Origin: a virus
Lineage: Duplodnaviria > Heunggongvirae > Uroviricota > Caudoviricetes
Reading direction: 5' to 3' (one strand)
Length of the DNA stretch: 64,000 nt
Virus record (IMG/VR): IMGVR_UViG_2541047680_000004
The notes below the pieces were generated by a model, which saw nothing but the letters and a program-made list of their open reading frames with translations, was not told the DNA's origin and searched no databases. Position numbers and translations under genes: made by a program. Every line of letters starts with the position of its first letter. The first letter of the stretch is position 1. This document shows positions 57,750 to 64,000 of the stretch, in pieces.

Positions 57750-58600
57750 CTATACATGTTGTGTTTTCTTCGTGTTTTATCTGTCTCAACCTCTCTATAG
57801 GCGTTAATGCTCACTCCTTCCAGAACCTTCTATACGGCGACTATTTCTGTTGGTGAATTGGGTGTGTTGTTCTCTCTGTCGGTGTATGTGGTTTCGTTCG
57901 TTTTGCGGTGGTTCTTCTATGGGGTGTTCTCGTCGTTTTGGTGATTGTTCTTCTCCGTGTATGGAGTAATGGCAGGTGGGCGATTCCTTTCGTTATTGTG
58001 TTTGAGTTGTTTGTCTGGAGTGTGTGAAAGGCTTTTGTAGTTATTCGTGTATTGGGTAATGGCGTTTCCCGTGATTGTTATGTTTCGTGTCTTTTGGGAT
58101 TGAGAGAAACCTTGCGGTTACAGGCTTCGTTGGGGTTTCAGTGATTCTGGTGTTTCTTCGCTGTTTGGGTAATGGCGTGTCGTGGGTATCGCGCGTATGA
58201 ATGTTTTCGGATTGCCTGTGAAAGTTAGGTTGGTTGTCCGGTAGCCTGGGGAGAAGAGGTGGGTCTTTTCGGTAGCCTGCCATAAAGAGGTTGGTTGTTT
58301 TGGGTAATGGTATATGTGTTATTTAGTTGTTTTGTTATGCCTGAAAATAAGTTGTTTATATGGTTGTGTAACGCAACGGGAGCGATTTTGAGCGTGTGTT
58401 TTTGTTGGTAGTGTGTTGAGTCGTCTGTGGTGAAAATTGGACGCTGTGGCGCTATCTGCTGCGTAGAATTACGGGTATAAGAAGTGATGTGTGATAACGT
58501 CAATTTTTTAGACCAAATCGGGAGAAAGCGTTGATGTTTCGTTGATCTGTTATTTAGTTGTTTTCTTATTGGTATAAACAACCATAACCTATTGATATTT
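57750..58600. repeat. GT-skewed non-coding tract with short dispersed repeats
   Basis: Plus strand almost devoid of C-runs, rich in G/T; repeated tgggtaatgg (x4), gttatttagttgtttt (x2), ggtagcctg...agaggttgg (also at 55,060-55,130). Confidence 0.55.
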
Positions 58601-58700
58601 AATGATGTGATTGCTGGTATGGGAGGGGAGTAGTGGCGATCAACGGGTTCTTATAGAAAAGAATCAAATTGTGACCGCCATTATCAATAAGTTGCAACCG

Positions 58701-59306
58701 TTAGTTGTTCAGATAAACATTTGGAACACGGACGTAGAACTTACTGTTACCGGTAAGTTCCAGAGTAATGTTAATGTCATTACCATTGTCTAGTGTAGCC
58801 GTCGCTCTATAGAACTTATCAGTTACCTTTTCGTCAATATTAACCTTGATGCATTTCGCCGCAGTAGAACCATTATGCTCTTTCAGAATAGTTGTCACGA
58901 CAGGACATGCGGCTTCCTCAATGACGCCATCTTCCTGTTTCGGTATTACAATGAAGAATACGTAAGCCAGCAAGGTAACGACTATAATAAATGGCAGTCT
59001 ACTGCTCTTTGTTATAGTCGCACGCTTCCATAGGTAGATTGGCATGAAAACTATTCCCCATAAAATAGCAGGTGGCTCATAGCCGGATTCCGAAATCGCC
59101 ATTCTGTCAGCCACTAATAATCCGATGGCAGCTAAACTTCCAATTAATACAGCATAATTTGCATACTCTTCGTTCGGAATGCCGAAGCAAATTGGAATAA
59201 AAGCTAAAATCCACGCATAAGTGTTATTCAAAGGTTTTTTTTGTTGGTTATTGGTTTCCATCACATCCATCTCATCACTTAAATTACTTGTATATATTAT
59301 CAACAT
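58701..59306 (-). CDS. hypothetical integral membrane protein
   Basis: About 4 predicted TM helices then soluble C-terminal domain; 201 aa. Confidence 0.45.
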   Translation of the reverse strand: MLIIYTSNLSDEMDVMETNNQQKKPLNNTYAWILAFIPICFGIPNEEYANYAVLIGSLAAIGLLVADRMAISESGYEPPAILWGIVFMPIYLWKRATITKSSRLPFIIVVTLLAYVFFIVIPKQEDGVIEEAACPVVTTILKEHNGSTAAKCIKVNIDEKVTDKFYRATATLDNGNDINITLELTGNSKFYVRVPNVYLNN

Positions 59307-59382
59307 TTAACAAACATAACCTAAACACACAGCAGATATAGCATTACAAACTCATTGTGAAAACCATTATCATAGGAAACGA

Positions 59383-59568
59383 TTAGATGAGATGGTCTAA
59401 TTCATCATCTATCATGGCTTTGACGCTGGAGTCATTCACTCCATATTTATTTATGAGCTGTTTCAGCTCTGGCGAAAACTGAAGGTAGATATCGTGAGCG
59501 TTTTTCACTGTAGGTTCAACGCCACGCATTTCAAGCGCCTTTAGTAGATATGAGTCTTCTTTAAGCAT
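59383..59568 (-). CDS. hypothetical small protein
   Basis: 61-aa ORF. Confidence 0.3.
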   Translation of the reverse strand: MLKEDSYLLKALEMRGVEPTVKNAHDIYLQFSPELKQLINKYGVNDSSVKAMIDDELDHLI

Positions 59569-59604
59569 AAATTCTCCGTTATCTAGTATGAAGCGATTGC
59601 CGGA

Positions 59605-59904
59605 TTACCATTGCCAGCACTCAAGCCCTTCAACGACCGGTGCGCCACAATCAAAATGTACAGAGTCAAAGCCTACATCAAGTACTTTCTGAATGTTCGC
59701 AATCGCGCCCTCGGATATACCATATCGACGCAACTCATCTATCCAGTCATCGTCCTGTAACCCGGCGTGGACAATGCAACCGTACTCAATTTGTGAAACC
59801 CAATCCAGCTCATTGCTTGCGATCATGAATCGGCGAGCATCTTCCTCTGATGTATGAGATGAGCTGATCAATGCCACCTGGTAGGCTTGGGTAATGTTCA
59901 ACAT
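59605..59904 (-). CDS. hypothetical protein
   Basis: ORF with ATG at 59,904 located 14 bp downstream of operator palindrome 59,918-59,930. Confidence 0.4.
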   Translation of the reverse strand: MLNITQAYQVALISSSHTSEEDARRFMIASNELDWVSQIEYGCIVHAGLQDDDWIDELRRYGISEGAIANIQKVLDVGFDSVHFDCGAPVVEGLECWQW

Positions 59905-59917
59905 TTCAACCACTCCA

Positions 59918-59981
59918 AAACAAGTTGTTTTCTTATGTGGTTTATTATCTCCATCAACAAAAGGCAGAAAACATATTGTTT
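59918..59981. promoter_or_regulatory. two AAACA-N3-TGTTT operator-like palindromes at the right edge of the element
   Basis: aaacaagttgttt (59,918-59,930) and aaacatattgttt (59,969-59,981). Confidence 0.5.
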
Positions 59982-60015
59982 TAGGTACTGTGTAAATCAG
60001 AAGGGATTGTGTCTA

Positions 60016-60045
60016 TATGAAAATGCCCGGCGTGTTGCCGGGCAT
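60016..60045 (-). terminator. rho-independent terminator of metG
   Basis: atgcccggcgtgttgccgggcat hairpin followed by T-tract on the minus strand, about 20 bp past the metG stop. Confidence 0.6.
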
Positions 60046-60065
60046 TGCGAAGAGAGGTTGTTTAA

Positions 60066-62099
60066 TTACTTAACCTGGTGGCCAGGTTTAGCACCAGCAT
60101 CCGGGCTTAACAGGAAGATATCTTTCCCGCCGGGGCCAGCAGCCATCACCATGCCTTCAGAGATACCGAAGCGCATTTTACGCGGAGCCAGGTTAGCCAC
60201 CATAATTGTGTGACGACCAATCAGTGCCTGTGGGTCTGGATAAGCAGAACGGATGCCTGAGAAGACATTACGCTTTTCACCACCGAGATCCAGCGTCAGG
60301 CGCAGCAGCTTGTCAGAACCTTCAACAAACTCTGCGTTTTCAATCAGCGCCACGCGCAGGTCAACTTTAGCGAAGTCGTCAAAGGTGATGGTTTCCTGAA
60401 TCGGGTCGTCTGCCAGTGGGCCAGTTACCGGTGCGGCTGTGGCTTTCACTTCTTCTTTGGATGCTTCCACCAGTGCTTCCACCTGTTTCATATCGATACG
60501 GTTATACAATGCCTTGAACGGATTCACTTTATGGCCCAGCAGCGGTTGCTGGATACCATCCCAGGTCAGTTCTGTATTCAGGAATGCTTCTGCACGTTCA
60601 GTCAGTTTCGGCAGTACCGGTTTCAAGTAAGTCATCAGCACGCGGAACAGGTTAATGCCCATAGAGCAAATCGCCTGCAGATCGGCATCGCGTCCTTCCT
60701 GCTTCGCCACCACCCACGGAGCCTGTTCATCAACATAGCGGTTAGCCAGGTCAGCCAGTGCCATGATTTCACGGATAGCTTTACCAAATTCGCGGCTTTC
60801 CCATGCTTCGCCAATCACTTCAGCGGCATCAGTAAAGGTTTTGTACAGTTGCGGGTCAGCCAGTTCGCTTGCCAGCACGCCGTCAAAACGCTTGTTGATA
60901 AAGCCTGCATTACGGGAGGCCAGGTTAACCACTTTGTTCACGATATCGGCATTCACGCGCTGAACGAAATCCTCCAGGTTGAGATCGATATCATCAATGC
61001 GCGAAGAGAGTTTCGCAGTGTAGTAGTAACGCAGGCTGTCGGCGTCAAAATGATTCAGCCAGGTGCTGGCTTTAATAAAGGTACCGCGAGACTTAGACAT
61101 CTTCGCGCCGTTCACCGTCACATAGCCATGAACAAACAGGTTGGTCGGCTTGCGGAAGTTGCTGCCTTCCAGCATTGCTGGCCAGAACAGACTGTGGAAG
61201 TAAACAATATCTTTACCGATGAAGTGGTACAGCTCGGCGGTGGAGTCTTTCTTCCAGTATTCATCGAAGCTTACGCTGTCGCCGCGCTTGTCGCACAGAT
61301 TCTTGAAAGAACCCATATAGCCAATCGGCGCATCTAGCCAGACGTAGAAATATTTACCCGGCGCGTTCGGAATTTCAAAACCGAAATACGGCGCGTCGCG
61401 GGAGATATCCCACTGTTGCAGGCCAGATTCAAACCACTCCTGCATTTTATTTGCCACCTGCTCCTGCAACGCACCGCTGCGGGTCCATGCCTGCAACATT
61501 TCGCTGAAAGAGGGCAGATCAAAGAAGAAGTGTTCAGAATCACGCATTACCGGCGTAGCGCCAGAAACCACCGATTTCGGCTCGATCAATTCAGTCGGGC
61601 TGTAGGTCGCGCCGCAGACTTCGCAGTTATCGCCGTATTGATCCGGGGATTTACATTTCGGGCAGGTGCCTTTCACAAAACGATCCGGCAGGAACATGCC
61701 TTTTTCCGGGTCGTACAACTGAGAGATAGTGCGATTTTTAATAAAACCGTTCTCTTTCAGGCGAGTATAGATAAGCTCAGACAACTGACGGTTCTCTTCG
61801 CTGTGCGTCGAGTGATAGTTGTCATAGCTGATGTTAAAGCCTGCGAAATCAGTCTGGTGTTCCTGACTCATTTCGCCAATCATCTGCTCCGGTGTGATAC
61901 CAAGTTGCTGTGCTTTCAGCATGATCGGCGTACCGTGGGCATCGTCGGCACAGATGAAATTAACCTCGTGGCCGCGCATTCGCTGGTAACGAACCCAGAC
62001 ATCAGCCTGGATGTGCTCCAGCATATGGCCGAGGTGGATTGAGCCGTTAGCGTACGGCAGCGCGCACGTCACCAGAATTTTCTTCGCGACTTGGGTCAT
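60066..62099 (-). CDS. metG: methionyl-tRNA synthetase
   Basis: 677-aa product beginning [26 protein letters not shown] (HIGH motif) with KMSKS motif, matching enterobacterial MetG as recalled from memory; track ORF 60066..62228 has a spurious N-terminal extension. Confidence 0.95.
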   Translation of the reverse strand: MTQVAKKILVTCALPYANGSIHLGHMLEHIQADVWVRYQRMRGHEVNFICADDAHGTPIMLKAQQLGITPEQMIGEMSQEHQTDFAGFNISYDNYHSTHSEENRQLSELIYTRLKENGFIKNRTISQLYDPEKGMFLPDRFVKGTCPKCKSPDQYGDNCEVCGATYSPTELIEPKSVVSGATPVMRDSEHFFFDLPSFSEMLQAWTRSGALQEQVANKMQEWFESGLQQWDISRDAPYFGFEIPNAPGKYFYVWLDAPIGYMGSFKNLCDKRGDSVSFDEYWKKDSTAELYHFIGKDIVYFHSLFWPAMLEGSNFRKPTNLFVHGYVTVNGAKMSKSRGTFIKASTWLNHFDADSLRYYYTAKLSSRIDDIDLNLEDFVQRVNADIVNKVVNLASRNAGFINKRFDGVLASELADPQLYKTFTDAAEVIGEAWESREFGKAIREIMALADLANRYVDEQAPWVVAKQEGRDADLQAICSMGINLFRVLMTYLKPVLPKLTERAEAFLNTELTWDGIQQPLLGHKVNPFKALYNRIDMKQVEALVEASKEEVKATAAPVTGPLADDPIQETITFDDFAKVDLRVALIENAEFVEGSDKLLRLTLDLGGEKRNVFSGIRSAYPDPQALIGRHTIMVANLAPRKMRFGISEGMVMAAGPGGKDIFLLSPDAGAKPGHQVK

Positions 62100-62256
62100 A
62101 GTAGGCATTACTTCTTTGTAGTGAAAAGGGGCTTGATAGTAACAAAATGGCCTTATGTCTGCCATGTGATAACAGCATTTCTCATAAATGATTAAATGTC
62201 GCAGCTGGAGTACACTACAAGGCGACAATTGCGCAAATTAAAATAAAGGAGACGGG

Positions 62257-63357
62257 ATGAGCGAGTCCAAATCGCCGGATGCCCTGAGAGCAATGGTAGC
62301 CGGTACGCTGGCTAATTTTCAGCACCCAACCCTGAAACACAACCTGACTACGCTTAAAGCGTTACACCATGTTGCGTTGATGGATGACACACTGCATGTC
62401 GAACTAATCATGCCTTTCGTGTGGAATAAGCCTTTTGAAGACCTGAAAGAGCAATGTAGTGGTGATCTGCTCCGTATCACTGGCGCAAAGGCTATTGACT
62501 GGAAGCTGTCGTACAACATTGCCACGCTTAAGCGCGTCAAAAACCAACCAGGCATTAATGGTGTTAAGAATATTATCGCCGTAAGCTCAGGCAAGGGCGG
62601 TGTAGGCAAATCGTCCACAGCAGTAAACTTGGCACTGGCTTTGGCTGCTGAAGGTGCGAAAGTTGGTATTTTGGATGCCGATATCTATGGTCCATCAATT
62701 CCAACCATGCTGGGCGCGGAAAACCAACGTCCAACCTCACCGGACGGTACTCACATGGCACCTATCATGTCTCATGGCCTGGCAACCAACTCTATTGGTT
62801 ATCTGGTCACCGACGACAATGCAATGGTGTGGCGTGGACCGATGGCCAGCAAGGCGCTGATGCAGATGTTGCAGGAAACACTGTGGCCTGATCTGGACTA
62901 TCTCGTTCTCGATATGCCGCCGGGCACTGGTGATATTCAATTGACGCTGGCGCAGAACATTCCTGTAACTGGTGCGGTTGTGGTAACTACGCCGCAAGAC
63001 ATCGCGCTGATCGATGCGAAGAAAGGCATTGTGATGTTCGAAAAAGTCGAAGTGCCGGTACTAGGTATCGTCGAAAACATGAGTGTGCATATTTGCAGTA
63101 ACTGCGGTCATCACGAGCCAATTTTTGGCACCGGTGGCGCACAGAAACTGGCCGAGAAATACAACACGCAGTTGTTAGGCCAAATGCCACTTCATATCTC
63201 TCTTCGTGAAGATCTGGATAACGGAACACCAACCGTTATTAGTCGTCCAGATAGCGAATTTACGGCTATTTATCGTGACCTCGCAGATCGCGTTGCTGCC
63301 CAAATGTATTGGCAAGGTGAAGTAATACCTGGCGAAATCGCATTCCGCGCAGTGTGA
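62257..63357 (+). CDS. apbC: Fe-S cluster carrier ATPase Mrp/ApbC
   Basis: Product ...SPDALRAMVAGTLANFQHPTLKHNLTTLKALHHV... with P-loop SGKGGVGKSS and CxxC (CSNCGHH); divergent from metG as in E. coli. Confidence 0.9.
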   Translation: MSESKSPDALRAMVAGTLANFQHPTLKHNLTTLKALHHVALMDDTLHVELIMPFVWNKPFEDLKEQCSGDLLRITGAKAIDWKLSYNIATLKRVKNQPGINGVKNIIAVSSGKGGVGKSSTAVNLALALAAEGAKVGILDADIYGPSIPTMLGAENQRPTSPDGTHMAPIMSHGLATNSIGYLVTDDNAMVWRGPMASKALMQMLQETLWPDLDYLVLDMPPGTGDIQLTLAQNIPVTGAVVVTTPQDIALIDAKKGIVMFEKVEVPVLGIVENMSVHICSNCGHHEPIFGTGGAQKLAEKYNTQLLGQMPLHISLREDLDNGTPTVISRPDSEFTAIYRDLADRVAAQMYWQGEVIPGEIAFRAV

Positions 63358-63394
63358 TAAAAAGGTGGTGCAATGCACCACCTAAACAGTTCTC

Positions 63395-63784
63395 CTACAT
63401 CACAGGACAATCATCAAACTCGCCACTTCTTGCGTCGTTGATAATGTGAGTGATCACACCAAACACGGCATTGCTGCCCGTGCATCCATCATCATCCTTT
63501 GGCAATGCTTCCTTCTTACCAGTTCTTAAATCCTCCAGATGCTGACGTGGATACTTCCGGTATCTTTTTACGCGATATTCCCCATCCAGAGCACATACAA
63601 GAAGAGATCCATCAACAGGAGTCAGTGAGGAATCGACCACCAGCAATGCACCCTGCAATATTCCCTCACGATGATGACTATCAGCCGCCCTCATGAAGTA
63701 GGTCGCTGAAGGATGTCTAATTATCTGCTGATCAAGAGAAATACGGCTCTCAGCATAATCCGCCGCAGGAGAAGGGAAGCCCAT
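63395..63784 (-). CDS. UmuD-prime-like S24 peptidase-family protein (natively lacks the N-terminal arm)
   Basis: Begins MGFPSPAADYAE, matching UmuD from Gly25 onward (GFPSPAADY...HPSATYF); in-frame stop 4 codons upstream of ATG. Confidence 0.7.
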   Translation of the reverse strand: MGFPSPAADYAESRISLDQQIIRHPSATYFMRAADSHHREGILQGALLVVDSSLTPVDGSLLVCALDGEYRVKRYRKYPRQHLEDLRTGKKEALPKDDDGCTGSNAVFGVITHIINDARSGEFDDCPVM

Positions 63785-63802
63785 AATACTCGCCTCTTAA
63801 TG

Positions 63803-63818
63803 CTGTATATGCATACAG
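63803..63818. promoter_or_regulatory. LexA (SOS) box
   Basis: CTGTATATGCATACAG = CTGT-N8-ACAG, 19 bp upstream of the UmuD-prime-like start. Confidence 0.75.
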
Positions 63819-64000
63819 TATATGTTGAAGCTATATATTTTTGAACTCTATCTCTTAAAAAAGATGTTAATAAGATGCTAACTATTGAAAGGCATAAATA
63901 TATACAATTCCAACAAACGTTATTTTTAACAAATTTTTACTTCCCATTGACTTTCCCAGACTCCTTGTCTGAACTAATGTCCGCGGAAACCACTTTTTCC

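Larger units (their letters stand above)
1..59990. mobile_element. Large siphovirus-type temperate phage / phage-plasmid-like element (partial; continues left of window)
   Basis: Contiguous phage modules (tRNAs, ligase, primase/DnaB-type helicase, ParA, lysis, lambda-like tail, capsid, portal, terminase) ending just before the metG terminator; element-specific operator motif still present at 59,918-59,981. Confidence 0.6.

Noticed and set aside
57373-58581. ORFs 57373..57789, 58041..58283 and 58225..58581 on the minus strand
   Set aside because: They overlap the iteron array and the compositionally skewed tract, encode low-complexity Pro/Arg/Thr-rich sequence, and lack start signals.
57700-58600. 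CRISPR array in the repeat-rich GT tract
   Set aside because: Repeats are short, imperfect and irregularly spaced with no uniform repeat-spacer periodicity and no cas genes anywhere in the window.
60439-62042. Plus-strand ORFs 60531..61337 and 61416..62042 antisense to metG
   Set aside because: metG is unambiguous on the minus strand; these are antisense artefacts.
62319-63381. Minus-strand ORFs overlapping apbC/mrp
   Set aside because: Antisense to a well-supported conserved gene.
1-64000. Integrase, excisionase or att core repeat marking a prophage boundary
   Set aside because: No tyrosine or serine recombinase motifs found in any frame and no direct repeat identified at the 60-kb junction; a boundary is inferred only from gene content, and the integrase may lie left of the window.

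Overview
Most of the window (about 1-60,000) is one large siphovirus-type temperate phage or phage-plasmid-like element, encoded mainly on the minus strand; it abuts chromosomal metG and apbC/mrp (60,066-63,357) and an SOS-boxed UmuD-prime-like gene. From left to right the element carries: a glutaredoxin; a low-GC plus-strand orphan gene for a 2-TM protein; a phage tRNA cluster (Ser-UGA, Thr-UGU, Tyr-GUA, Asn-GUU) with unusual long-stem hairpins; an ATP-dependent DNA ligase; a secreted Sel1-repeat protein; a T7-like primase and DnaB-type helicase; a ParA/RHH partition pair; a lysis cassette (holin, endolysin, nested Rz/Rz1); a Cor/Llp-like lipoprotein; a 1432-aa long tail fiber with an S74 chaperone domain; a complete lambda-like tail module (J, I, K, L, M, tape measure, G/T, V); connector, decoration, capsid, scaffold, portal and terminase genes; a ParB-like/ParB-like/ABC-ATPase/GNAT-like/wHTH module; an SF2 helicase; plus-strand cargo genes; and a cassette of small orphan genes flanked by 22-bp-periodic iterons and a GT-skewed repeat tract. 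No integrase, CRISPR array or rRNA was seen. The strongest leads for something undescribed are the iteron-bracketed small-gene cassette, the ParB/ABC-ATPase/GNAT module and the 2-TM orphan, together with a recurring 13-bp palindromic operator (AAACA-N3-TGTTT) at ten sites. All functional calls rest on motifs read by eye and on gene order; no database search was run, and gene starts are approximate.
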